DNA of 64,000 nt from Pseudomonadota bacterium (lineage in GTDB: Bacteria; Pseudomonadota; Gammaproteobacteria; Xanthomonadales; SZUA-38). The stretch's first letter is position 1; each line of letters begins with the position of its first letter. Positions 1 through 10,300 of the stretch are shown here, in pieces. The notes under the pieces are model-generated. The model saw only the letters and a program-made list of their open reading frames with translations. It searched no databases and was not told the DNA's origin. A program made the translations under genes and the position numbers. Location: positions 38,581 to 102,580 of the forward strand of contig JBCCCR010000002.1 in NCBI GenBank assembly GCA_039033415.1, in the 5' to 3' direction.

Positions 1-1
1 A

Positions 2-706
2 GAGCTGACCGACCGACTGACCCAGGTCGATTTTTTTGTGCGCAGCCTCGACGCCAATCCCGGCGGGCTGGCGGGAGTCTGGGCGGTCGAAAACTCCCGG
101 GACGCCATCTTCGACGCCCTGCGCCGGCGTGAGGTGTTCGGCACCACCGGCAGCCGAATCAGACCCCGGCTGTTTGGCGGCTGGGAGTTTGACGCGGACA
201 GCTGCGAGCTCGCTGACCGGGCGGCACGTGGATACAGGTATGGCGTGCCGATGGGCAGCGACCTGCCGCCGGGACCCAAAGGGTCAGCACCGAGGCTGCT
301 CGTCTATGGCTTTCACGACCCGAACAGCGCACTCCTGCAAAAACTGCAGGTGATCAAAGGCTGGGTAGACGGCGAGCAGCGTTCTCGCTACGCGGTCATC
401 GACGTAGTCGGCCCGCCCACCCACTCAGGGCCCAGCGGAGAGATTGACCTTGAAACAGGCGAATGGCGCGGCCCGGGATCAGAGAGCCTGTGTACGGTTT
501 TTGTTGACCCCAACTTCGATCCGGCGCTTCCGGCCTACTATTACCTGCGAGCGGTTGAGGTGCCTACGCTGCGCTGGAGCTGGCGGGCGTGTGTCGCGCT
601 CCCCGAGAGCCAGCGCCCAGACGAATGCCGTAACGCTGCGCCGAAGACCATTCAGGAGATGGCCTGGACGTCGCCGATCTGGTACCTGCCGCCGCCTGAG
701 CAGTGA
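2..706 (+). CDS. DUF3604-like domain protein, 5'-truncated by window edge (C-terminal part only)
   Basis: Frame 2 is open from window start to stop at 704-706; C-terminal motif YYYLRAVEVPTLRWS resembles DUF3604 family; no start inside window. Confidence 0.45.
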   Translation, partial: ELTDRLTQVDFFVRSLDANPGGLAGVWAVENSRDAIFDALRRREVFGTTGSRIRPRLFGGWEFDADSCELADRAARGYRYGVPMGSDLPPGPKGSAPRLLVYGFHDPNSALLQKLQVIKGWVDGEQRSRYAVIDVVGPPTHSGPSGEIDLETGEWRGPGSESLCTVFVDPNFDPALPAYYYLRAVEVPTLRWSWRACVALPESQRPDECRNAAPKTIQEMAWTSPIWYLPPPEQ

Positions 707-1183
707 TGGGGAGCGCGGGTCCACCGAATCACCTGGCCTGCCTGACCACCGGCAAGCTGGTCCAAGTGGCCAATGTACCGGCCCACCCCGCTGCCGGTGC
801 TGATCATCCAGCGAACATCATCCCGATTGCCGAAGCGCAGCTTGCGCGGCACGCCAGTGCTGTACGTGAACTCGGAATCGTCGAGACCTAAACAGCGTCC
901 TCAAAGTTGAATCCGCGTTAGCGGAGCTGCTCTCATCGCGTTTGTCCGCTAGAAGTCGGCAAAGACCTTAGGAGTCTACGTACACCCGGTAAATAAACGA
1001 CCCGGAAAGGTTCTGCGGGGATCTGGCACCCTGCTCCTACCACTCCGGTGATCGCACGAAGCCACCGTTGCGGCAAACTGCGGTGCTGGAAAGGGTCTAC
1101 GACCAAAGTCGAGCATTCAGCGGGTGGCGCTTTTGCTAGATTGCGGTCCTGGGGTTCTAAATCACTATACGGAGGGGTCCTGA

Positions 1184-1440
1184 TGGAGGAATCGCAAAGA
1201 AAAGCCTACTGGCAGGCCAACATCAGGCTGGTGCTCGTGCTGCTAGCCGTCTGGTTTGTCGTTTCCTATGGGTTCGGGATCCTGTTCAAGGAAGCCCTGG
1301 ACGCCATCGATCTATTTGGTTTCAAGCTCGGCTTCTGGTGGGCCCAGCAGGGCTCCATCTACGTGTTTCTGCTGCTCATCGCCGTGTACGCCTGGCAGAT
1401 GAACCGGCTGGATCGCCAGTTCGACGTACACGAGGACTAA
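1184..1440 (+). CDS. DUF4212 small membrane protein (putative solute:sodium symporter small subunit)
   Basis: GGAGG 8 nt upstream of ATG at 1184; two predicted TM helices; immediately precedes and nearly abuts SSF symporter gene (classic DUF4212-SSF pair); the track start at 1048 lacks RBS. Confidence 0.7.
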
Positions 1441-1444
1441 GCCC

Positions 1445-3292
1445 ATGACTCTGCAAACCATGACTTACATCGCCGTTGGCTTAAGCTTCGCGCTGTACAT
1501 CGGTATTGCCATCTGGTCCCGCGCCGGCTCGACGCGAGACTTCTACGTCGCCGGCAAAGGCGTCCACCCGGTCGCCAACGGGATGGCCACCGCCGCCGAC
1601 TGGATGTCTGCCGCGTCGTTCATCTCGATGGCAGGCCTGATTGCATTCCTCGGCTACGGCGGCTCGGTGTACCTGATGGGCTGGACCGGCGGTTACGTGC
1701 TGCTCGCGCTGCTCCTTGCGCCCTACCTGCGAAAGTTCGGCAAGTTCACGGTGCCGGAGTTCATCGGGGAGCGCTACTACTCCAAGGCCGCGACCATCGT
1801 CGCGGTGATCTGCCTGATCTTCATCTCCTTTACCTATGTCGCCGGCCAGATGCGCGGCGTTGGCATTGTGTTCTCACGGTTCCTGGAGGTAGATCTGGTC
1901 GACGGGCTGCTGATCGGTATGGGCATCGTGTTCTTCTACGCCGTGCTGGGCGGGATGAAAGGCATCACCTATACCCAGGTAGCCCAGTATTGCGTGCTGA
2001 TTTTTGCCTATACCGTGCCGGCGGTGTTTATTTCGCTTCAGATGACCGGCAACCCGATTCCCCAGCTGGCCTTCGGCAGCGAGCTGACCGGTGAAGGTGT
2101 CGCCCTGCTGGTGAAGCTGGACCAGGTCGTGCAGGAGCTGGGCTTCAATGCCTACACGCTGGGAAATAAATCGACCATCGATATCTTTGCCATCACGCTG
2201 GCTCTGATGGTGGGTACCGCCGGCCTGCCTCACGTGATCGTCCGCTTCTTTACCGTGCCCAAGGTGCGGGACGCGCGGCGTTCGGCATTTTGGGCGCTGG
2301 GCTTCATCGCCCTCCTGTACACCGTCGCACCGGCCGTCGGATCCATGGCCCGGCTCAACCTGATCGATACGGTGCAGCCCGGCGCCATCGGCGCCCCGGA
2401 AGCCAACCTGATTTACGAGGAGCGTCCGCAGTGGTTCAAGACCTGGGAAAAAACCGGCCTGCTGTCTTTTGAAGACAAGAACGGCGACGGTCGCATCCAG
2501 TACTACAACGACGCCAACCCCGAGTTCACCGCCACGGCGGAAAGCTACGGCTGGCAGGGCAACGAACTAAACGTTGACCGAGACATTATGGTGCTGGCCA
2601 ATCCGGAGATTGCCAACCTGCCGAACTGGGTGATTGCGCTGGTGGCCGCTGGCGGCATTGCCGCCGCGCTGTCCACGGCAGCAGGTCTGCTGCTGGTCAT
2701 CTCCGCCAGCGTCTCACACGACCTGTGCAAGGGCATGATTGCGCCCAACCTGAGCGATCGGTCAGAGCTGATGATCGGGCGAATCGCTGCCGGCGTTGCC
2801 GTCTGCATCGCAGGCTACCTAGGCGCCAATCCACCAGGCTTTGTGAGTCAGGTGGTCGCCTTTGCCTTCGGGCTCGCGGCGGCCTCCCTGTTCCCGGTGA
2901 TTCTGATGGGCATCTTCAGCAAGCGAATCAATCGGGAGGGCGCGATTGCCGGTATGGTCACGGGCCTCGTGTTTACCGCGGGCTACATCATCTACTTCAA
3001 GGGTGTGTTCATGGATCCGATCGGCATCAACACCGCAGAGCACTGGCTGTTCGGAATCTCTCCCGAAGGCATTGGTGCGGTTGGCATGGCGCTCAACTTT
3101 ATCGTGGCCACGGTGGTCAGTCGCATTACCTCAGCGCCGCCAGAAGCCGTGCAGGCCCTGGTGGAAGACATTCGCGTGCCTCGCGGGGCCGGCGTCGCCA
3201 CGGCTCACTCGCGCTGCGGGTCTGCCACAGACCATGAAGCCAACCCACGCGCCCGCCTGCAGGTTGATCCCGCAGGCGGGCGCCGCCTTTAG
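1445..3292 (+). CDS. sodium:solute symporter family transporter (acetate permease ActP/VC_2705-like)
   Basis: 615 aa, multiple TM segments, SSF-family motifs; coupled 5 nt after DUF4212 gene. Confidence 0.8.
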   Translation: MTLQTMTYIAVGLSFALYIGIAIWSRAGSTRDFYVAGKGVHPVANGMATAADWMSAASFISMAGLIAFLGYGGSVYLMGWTGGYVLLALLLAPYLRKFGKFTVPEFIGERYYSKAATIVAVICLIFISFTYVAGQMRGVGIVFSRFLEVDLVDGLLIGMGIVFFYAVLGGMKGITYTQVAQYCVLIFAYTVPAVFISLQMTGNPIPQLAFGSELTGEGVALLVKLDQVVQELGFNAYTLGNKSTIDIFAITLALMVGTAGLPHVIVRFFTVPKVRDARRSAFWALGFIALLYTVAPAVGSMARLNLIDTVQPGAIGAPEANLIYEERPQWFKTWEKTGLLSFEDKNGDGRIQYYNDANPEFTATAESYGWQGNELNVDRDIMVLANPEIANLPNWVIALVAAGGIAAALSTAAGLLLVISASVSHDLCKGMIAPNLSDRSELMIGRIAAGVAVCIAGYLGANPPGFVSQVVAFAFGLAAASLFPVILMGIFSKRINREGAIAGMVTGLVFTAGYIIYFKGVFMDPIGINTAEHWLFGISPEGIGAVGMALNFIVATVVSRITSAPPEAVQALVEDIRVPRGAGVATAHSRCGSATDHEANPRARLQVDPAGGRRL

Positions 3293-3361
3293 GACGCGGC
3301 TGTCGCCCGGCGCGCGGCCCTGTGGCACAGTCTTTAGGGTTGCTACCGACAGGATCATTCG

Positions 3362-5203
3362 GTGAACGAACTACAGGATATTCAAGACTTTCTTTCCTCC
3401 TGCTCGCCGTTCAACGTTTTGCCCGACAGCGAACTCGAGAGCCTTTGTCGCAGCATCGAAATCAGCTACGAACCCGGCAATTCGGTGGTCTTGCCCATCA
3501 GTGCGGAGAACTCCGAACTCCATCTCATCCGGCGCGGCGCTGTTGCGCTGCTGGACGCCAACAACCAGCTCATCAGCAAACGGGGCGAGCGGGAGGTGTA
3601 TGGATACCCCTCGATGCTGACCGGTACACCCACGCGGCTGCTCGCGCGGACGGCTGAAGACTCGCTGATCTATCACATCCCCGAAAAGAACTTCCATCAG
3701 CTGCGGCGCGAGTTTCCAGCGTTCGATCGATTTTTCTCCGCGGCGCTGACCGAGCGGGTCAGCGACGCATGCCTGCCCGAGGGTGCCGGCCAGGGCCTGA
3801 TGGCCAGCCGCGTGGACCGGCTGATGAACAGCCCGCCCGTGACCGTTCATTGTGACCTGAGCGTGCAGGATACGGCGGGGGTGATGGCCGAGAAGGGCGT
3901 GTCCAGCGTTATGGTGATCGGCGACAGCCTGGCTGAGCTCCTGGGTATCTTTACCGACCGGGATATGCGGCGGCGAGTCGTCGCCGCCAGACAGGAACTC
4001 TCCCAGCCTGTTTCCCAGTTTATGACGCCCGAGCCAGTGACGGTCGACGCTGATGATCCGGCGCTGGAAGCCCTGCTGACCATGAACGATTCCGGCATTC
4101 ACCATCTGCCGGTTCTCCGCGATGGTGAGCTGGGCGGCGTCATCACCCTGACGGATCTCTACTGCGCGCTCAACAATCACCCGATTTACCTGAGCGCCAG
4201 CATTCGACGCCAGCCCGACGCAGCGTCGGTAGCGGAAGTCAGCCAGCGGCGCTTCGATCTGCTCGGCCAGCTGATCTCCATGGGCATGAGCGCCCGGGCG
4301 ATCGGCAACATGATGACGTCTGTCACCGATGCCGCCACCCACCGCCTGGTCGCTCTCGCGGAAGCGGCGCTCGGCGCACCGCCCCTACCCTATGCCTGGG
4401 TTTGTTTTGGCTCCCAGGCCAGGCGTGAACAAACCGGGCGCACCGACCAGGACAACGGGATCATCATGGCTCGCGAGCCAAACACCGAGGAGGCAGAGTA
4501 TTTTCGACAGCTCGGGGAAATGGTGTGTGACCACCTGAACGACTGCGGCTTTGTGCATTGCCCTGGGGAGATCATGGCCAGCAACCCCCAATGGCGGCTG
4601 TCGCTCAACGGCTGGCAGCAGCAGTTCGCCGAATGGATCGACGCGCCGGATCCCAAACCCTTGATGTATGCCTCCATCTTTTTCGACCAGCGTGCCGTGT
4701 GCGGCGAAACGTCGCTGGTAGAGGAACTGTCGGCGTTCATCTTTGAACGAACAGGCGGCAACAGCATCTTCCTGCGCTTCATGGCCGAAAACGCCCTGAG
4801 CCAGCGGCCGCCGCTGGGGTTTTTTCGACGCTTTGTCCTGGAGCAGGACGGTGAGCATGGCGAAACCGGGCTCAACCTGAAGCTACGGGGTGTTGTCCCT
4901 ATTATCAGCCTGGCCCGGATGCGCGCCTTGGAAGAGGGTATCGCGGCGCCCGAGACCTGGGAACGGCTGCGCGACCTGGATGAGCAGGCGAACGAGTCCG
5001 TCGCCAGCCTGCGCGACGCCATGGACGTCATTGGCCAGGCCCGGCTGCGCCATCAGCTTTCGCAATGGGAAACCGGCGAAGCGGTCAGCAACTGGGTCAA
5101 CCCGGACGAGCTGTCGTCGCTGGCTCGTCGCAACCTCAAAGCCGCTTTCACCATCGTGGCTGACGCCCAGGCCGCCATGGCCAGGCGTTACCGGCTGGAA
5201 TAG
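3362..5203 (+). CDS. cyclic-nucleotide-binding + tandem CBS + DUF294 putative nucleotidyltransferase protein
   Basis: 613 aa; N-terminal cNMP-binding-like region, two CBS domains (GIFTDRDM..., HHLPVL), C-terminal DUF294 nucleotidyltransferase/substrate-binding region; GTG start per ORF track; conserved partner of ActP-like symporters. Confidence 0.75.
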   Translation: MNELQDIQDFLSSCSPFNVLPDSELESLCRSIEISYEPGNSVVLPISAENSELHLIRRGAVALLDANNQLISKRGEREVYGYPSMLTGTPTRLLARTAEDSLIYHIPEKNFHQLRREFPAFDRFFSAALTERVSDACLPEGAGQGLMASRVDRLMNSPPVTVHCDLSVQDTAGVMAEKGVSSVMVIGDSLAELLGIFTDRDMRRRVVAARQELSQPVSQFMTPEPVTVDADDPALEALLTMNDSGIHHLPVLRDGELGGVITLTDLYCALNNHPIYLSASIRRQPDAASVAEVSQRRFDLLGQLISMGMSARAIGNMMTSVTDAATHRLVALAEAALGAPPLPYAWVCFGSQARREQTGRTDQDNGIIMAREPNTEEAEYFRQLGEMVCDHLNDCGFVHCPGEIMASNPQWRLSLNGWQQQFAEWIDAPDPKPLMYASIFFDQRAVCGETSLVEELSAFIFERTGGNSIFLRFMAENALSQRPPLGFFRRFVLEQDGEHGETGLNLKLRGVVPIISLARMRALEEGIAAPETWERLRDLDEQANESVASLRDAMDVIGQARLRHQLSQWETGEAVSNWVNPDELSSLARRNLKAAFTIVADAQAAMARRYRLE

Positions 5204-5206
5204 CGG

Positions 5207-5848
5207 GTGTTTTCAGCGCTGTCTCTTCGGATGCGTCGCCGCCGCTATCGACGCTTGGTTTCCGATTCGCCCCTCACCCATTTGTGGAGCACCACCCGCT
5301 GCGATGTCGACTATGAGAGCGTTCTAAGCCTCGATTTGGAAACGACAGGCCTGGACCCGAAGAACGACGACATCGTCAGCATGGGCTGGGTTGCACTGGA
5401 GCGAGGACGGATTCGATTGAGCACCGCCAGTCATCTCCTGATCCGATCGAGCGCGCCCATCGCGCCGAGCGCAACCATTCACGGGATCCGCGAGATGGAT
5501 CGCCAGCAGGGTATTGACGCCACTGACGGCCTCGCGCAGCTGCTCGACGCCATGCACAACAGGACGCTGCTGGTCCACGGCGCGCGACTCGATATCGGCG
5601 TACTTGATCGCTATTGTCGCGCCGCTTACGGCGCGCCGCTGCTGATGCCCGTGATCGACACGCTCGCCCTGGCACAGCAGCGAGCTGCCAGAGCCAGCCA
5701 ACCACCCGCGCAGGGTGCGCTTCGGCTGATGAGTCTGCGGAAGCAACACGGCCTACCTGACGCAACCAGCCACAACGCGCTGGGTGATGCGCTGGCAACC
5801 GCAGAGCTCGCGCTGGCGATGCTGCCGGAGCTTCGCCAGACGAGTTGA
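5207..5848 (+). CDS. DnaQ-like (DEDDh) 3'-5' exonuclease
   Basis: LDLETTGLDP Exo I motif, H..D motif near C-terminus; GTG start 4 nt after upstream stop. Confidence 0.7.
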   Translation: MFSALSLRMRRRRYRRLVSDSPLTHLWSTTRCDVDYESVLSLDLETTGLDPKNDDIVSMGWVALERGRIRLSTASHLLIRSSAPIAPSATIHGIREMDRQQGIDATDGLAQLLDAMHNRTLLVHGARLDIGVLDRYCRAAYGAPLLMPVIDTLALAQQRAARASQPPAQGALRLMSLRKQHGLPDATSHNALGDALATAELALAMLPELRQTS

Positions 5849-5893
5849 GCATTTGACGATGCGAGCACGAGGCTCCGCTGTGTTTGTTGTGGT

Positions 5894-6424
5894 CTATCTC
5901 AGGACAACCCGATCTCGTTCCTTCTTTCGTATCGCCTTGGCCTCAGCGGCCATCTCGGAGAGGACTCTTTTCCAGTTGATAAACCGCATCGCCTTGCTGC
6001 GTTCCGAGAGTCCAAACGCAATGCCCTTTTTGATGCGGTAGTACCGTTTACCCACGCGATTGGATCCGAGAGATTTGAGGAGAGGAACATCGGGCATGGC
6101 CGGATCGAACAACGTTAACCGAAACCTTCTCGGGTACCCGTTGACATCTTCTACCCAGCATTTTGCTTCGATACGGTATCCCTCATAACGGCCATCGATC
6201 TTTAGATCAGGATCGGAGGTGTTAAGCGTGTCGATCACTTCGACAGGCTCTTTGAGCGTAGCGGCCAGCGGCTCCATGATTTTGAGCCATTTGCCGCGCG
6301 TCTTTTTCTCTCGGCGCGTTTGCCCCCACCAATAAAGCAGCCCCAGACCGCCGCCTGCCAACAGCACTTCAAAGAAGCTCATTTCTTCCATCAATGAAAG
6401 ATAGCAGAGCGTCTTGCTATTCAT
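5894..6424 (-). CDS. hypothetical protein with N-terminal transmembrane anchor (candidate Rhs immunity protein)
   Basis: 176-aa ORF in ~50% GC islet vs ~65% surroundings; hydrophobic segment FFEVLLAGGGLGLLYWW then charged soluble domain; same strand and downstream of Rhs toxin gene; true start may be an internal Met (M12/M15). Confidence 0.45.
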   Translation of the reverse strand: MNSKTLCYLSLMEEMSFFEVLLAGGGLGLLYWWGQTRREKKTRGKWLKIMEPLAATLKEPVEVIDTLNTSDPDLKIDGRYEGYRIEAKCWVEDVNGYPRRFRLTLFDPAMPDVPLLKSLGSNRVGKRYYRIKKGIAFGLSERSKAMRFINWKRVLSEMAAEAKAIRKKERDRVVLR

Positions 6425-6602
6425 CGGAAAATTCGAAGATTAGAAATCGCTAAACCCGAATTGAAGGTGAGTGATATATCGGAAAAACTGTACGAAAAAG
6501 ACGGTAACGAAAATCGCGATACGAGGGATGAGAATCGCGCGTCGGGCCAACGACTAAAACAGGCTCGGCGGACGGAATGAGGAATAAACCAGAGGAAACG
6601 AG

Positions 6603-7277
6603 ATGTTCACCAAAACCATCAAGCGAGCGGCAGCAGGGCTGCTGCTCTCAAGCATAGCCTTTTCCGTAGGCGCCACTAGCAAGCTTCCCGTTTTTCAAAC
6701 ACCCGACCTGAAAAACTTTGCGGAAGCTGCCCTGGACATGAAGAACGGCCGATATGACTCCGCCATGACCAACCTCCGGGATTCGGCACGCTTCGGAAAC
6801 AAAACAGCTCAGTATTCGATCGGCATGATGTATATCTACGGCACCGGCGTCGAGCGAAACTGGTCGCGGGGACATGCGTGGCTAAAGCTTTCCGCCAGTC
6901 ACGCAGAACCAGACTATGTCAGTGCGCGCGATCAGGTCTTTGAACAGCTGGACGAGGCTGAGAAAACCACCACGGAAGATATTCATCGAGAACTGGCTAC
7001 TATTTTCGGCGACTCGGCGGCCTTGGAGCGCCGGGAAAACTGGGTACGCAAGCAGCGTCGAACGGTAACTGGCTCAAGAGTAGGCAGCACCGCGGCTGTA
7101 CAGGTTGAGGTCAGCGACCACCGCGGCTATACCTGGCCGGTGCCTGGCCCGGTTTATTTCGAAATGCTCGAAGAAAGTTACGTGTTGGACTTTCGTACTC
7201 GCATGGGCGAAGTTACCTACGGCGAGCTAAACCTCATCGAGGCCAGCAACGCCAGCGAAAAGTCTCAGCTTCCCTAA
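6603..7277 (+). CDS. secreted Sel1-repeat (TPR-like) protein
   Basis: GAGGAAA RBS 6 nt upstream of ATG; signal peptide; Sel1 motif AQYSIGMMYIYGTGVERNWSRGHAWLKLSA; low GC like neighbouring gene. Confidence 0.6.
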   Translation: MFTKTIKRAAAGLLLSSIAFSVGATSKLPVFQTPDLKNFAEAALDMKNGRYDSAMTNLRDSARFGNKTAQYSIGMMYIYGTGVERNWSRGHAWLKLSASHAEPDYVSARDQVFEQLDEAEKTTTEDIHRELATIFGDSAALERRENWVRKQRRTVTGSRVGSTAAVQVEVSDHRGYTWPVPGPVYFEMLEESYVLDFRTRMGEVTYGELNLIEASNASEKSQLP

Positions 7278-7305
7278 GCTCCACCGAGTCTCGCGTACAC
7301 GCTAC

Positions 7306-7324
7306 GGCCGGCCTTTGGCCGGCC
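7306..7324. terminator. GC-rich perfect hairpin between convergent Sel1 and Rhs genes
   Basis: ggccggcc-ttt-ggccggcc 8-bp stem; lies between two convergent stop codons; no strong U-run so factor-independence uncertain. Confidence 0.35.
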
Positions 7325-7397
7325 AACAGTGGCTGGGCGCTCAAAAATGATCGGGCGGTTTCGGTTCTCAGGCCCCACACGCAAATCGCGTGTCGCG

Positions 7398-10300
7398 CTA
7401 CCTGGCCTTCACCTGCCCCGTAGTGCTTGCTGAGTCGACACACTGATCGATTTCGGTTTCCTCAGCATTACGCTGACTCTGAATTTCCAGATCGATCAGG
7501 CGCAGCTCAGACTCAAAGCCGATGTTGAGCAGCGAATTAAGTACCTTCTTCTGATAGTCAGTCAGGTCGCCACGCAGCTCCAGCTCCCGGATACAGATCG
7601 CGAAGTAGCGTTTCAGGCCCTGGTCGAGCTCAGCGATGGTGCGCTTGCGGCTCCGTTCGCGAATCGTCGCCGTCTTCTCGCGGGCTTCCGCGTTGGCCCG
7701 GCGATTTTCTGCGTCCAGGTGATCAACGTAACGGTCAATCGCGAAGCGACTCGCGCCGTAAACGGCGATCGCAATGCCCGCCGGCGGGAATACCGCAGCG
7801 CCGGAAGAAATGGACGCTCCGAACAGCCCGACGCCGGCCGCGTTCACCACGCCGTCGGCAATCACCACACCGTCGATAGGCTCGGTGCGGTTGGCCGTGT
7901 CGTAAAGATACTTGCCGGCCCCGACCAACGCGAGCGGGCCGAGGCCCGGTGCGCCGGCGGCATCCAGCAAACCGCCACCGGCAATGATGGCATCCAGGCC
8001 AGTGGACAACGCCTTGGACTCAAGACCCGAGGGGTCGACGAGGCTTACCGGGTTGTTGCCGACGAAACCGTAAAGGTTGGAGTCACGGCCGGAGATTCCG
8101 AGCGGATCGGGTGAGGTGAAGCGCCCGGTGACCGGGTCCAGCCAACGGGCGCGGAATTGGTACAGGCCGCTCTGCGCATCGAGCGGTCTGCCCTGGAACA
8201 GGAATGGATTCGTGACGGCAGCCACATTCTGGGTAAGATTGCCGAAGCTGTCGTAGCGATAGTCGTTCACCACGGAACCCGTTGCGCTGGTGACGGCGAG
8301 CACCGAGCCAACGTAGTCACCGTGATAGTAGTAACTCTGGCCATCGCGCTGCATGCTGAGCGGCCGGTCTAACGCGTCGGAGAACTCGTAGCGCGCCAGG
8401 AGCATCCCACTCCCGTCGTACTCCAGGCGTCGGTTGCCGCCGTCGTAAATGAAGTAGCGCTGAACGCCGTCCTGATTGACGCCGAAGAGCCGGCTCAGGC
8501 CATCGTACTGATAGGTGGTCACCGCCCCATCGGTGGCCGTGTGGCTGAGGAGCTGGTCGAGCGCGTTCCAGACAAACGTTTCGCTGTAGGAGCTTCCGAG
8601 CTCGGTGCGGCTGACCAGCCGACCGACCTCATCGTAGCCGTAGCTGAACGTACCGTCAGCGGTCAGCCGGTTGCCAGCCTCGGTGGTGTAGGCGACCGAG
8701 AGGTGTGAGGCGACGCGATTTCCCTCAGGGTCATACTGATAGGCCTCGCCGTCGCTGGTGGCGATCACCTGTCGTTTGGCGTCATAGGTGTACGTCACGG
8801 GGCTGCCGTTCAGTGCTCGGCTCGCGACGTCACCGCTGCCGTTGTAGGTGTACTCCAGGTCGATAAACGGCGTCCCGGGAAGGCCGTGAGTCATTCGATC
8901 CAGCCGACCGGTGATTGCGTTGTAGCTGGCATTGACCTCAACGCCATTCGGATACCGAACCTGCGTGGTGCGGCCGTAGCTATCGTGGCTAAAGCCGATT
9001 ACCGGGCCGGCTGCCGTGGTGAGCTGCTCGATCAGACCCGACGGGCTGCGTTGATAGCCTGAAGCGGCGCCCGTACTTTCAGCAAGGCCGGTGCGATAGC
9101 CGAGCCGGTTATGAGCGTAGGTGAAAGTCACTTCAGGCTGCGCACCTCCCGGCCCGGTCACTGCGCTCGACATTTTGCCGTCAGGGCCATAGGTGAAAAC
9201 CAGTTCGGAATCGCTGTCCTCGGCACTCAGCAGGTTGCCGACACCGTCGTAGCTGTAGCTGATCGTATCGCCGCCAGTGCTGATGCTCTCCAGGCGCATC
9301 GTTGGGGTGTAGGTGTAGTCGACGACAGCGCCGCCGGGCCGCGTTCGGCGCACCATATTGTTCAGCGCGTCATATTCAAACAGCTCGGTCTCGCCCGCCG
9401 CATCCCTGATCTCAGTGCGGCGACCTAGATCATCGTAGGTAAAAAGGGTTTCGTTGCCGCTACCGTCAGCAATTGACGTCAACCGCCCGCTGACGTCGTA
9501 ACGGTAGCTTTGGATGTTGCCGAGCTGATCGATTGTTCGCACCAGTTGTCCGGCAACGTCGTACTCGTTGTCGACCCGGCCACCGGTTCCCTCGATGGCG
9601 CTGAGCAGGCGACCACCAGGCGTGTACGTAAAGCTCCGGGTGCCGATGCTCGGCGAGCGTACCTGCGAAACCCGTCCCAGGCTGTCGTAGTCATATTCCC
9701 AGCTCTCGCCGCTTTCGTTTTCGCGCCGGATCACGTTCCCGCGGTCATCGTAGTCGCGACGCCGCGTGTTGCCTGCCCGGTCGGTGGCGGTCAGCTCCCG
9801 GTCGCGGCTATCGTAGGTGAATAGCTGGACGGCCTCCTCGGCCTGACCCACCGCTGCGGTGGTCGTGGTGATATTGCCGGCCGAGTCGCGAACGTAGCTG
9901 ATCACCGTGCCGTCCCCGTTGGTGATGCTGGCCACGTTGCCCATCGCGTCGTAGGTGTAGTCCACGGTGTGAGTGTTGGCGTCGGTGAAGGTTTGCAGTC
10001 GACCCTGCGCGTCGTAGACGAAGGTCTGCTCGTTTCCGCCCTGATCCGTCAGGCGCGTTGCGCGTCCACCAGCGTCGCGTTCGATCAGCGTTTCGTTGCC
10101 GTTGGCGTCGATAATTCGCACGGGCTCGCTGACCATCGGGTCGTACTCGAACAGGGTGGTTCGCTCCAGCGGCATGCCGGACGCTTCGGTCAGCCGGACG
10201 AGATTTCCGTTGTCGTCATAGCTCTGCACTGTCTCCACGCCGTCGGGCGTGATCTCTCGTGTCAGATAGCCACGGGCATTGTAGAACCGTTCGGTGCGCA

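Noticed and set aside
3371-4342. 323-aa ORF antisense to the CBS/DUF294 gene
   Set aside because: High-GC antisense artefact; the sense strand carries recognisable CBS and nucleotidyltransferase motifs.
5849-7397. Possibility that the low-GC islet is an IS element or integron cassette
   Set aside because: No transposase or integrase ORF, no terminal inverted repeats and no attC-like sites were recognisable by eye.
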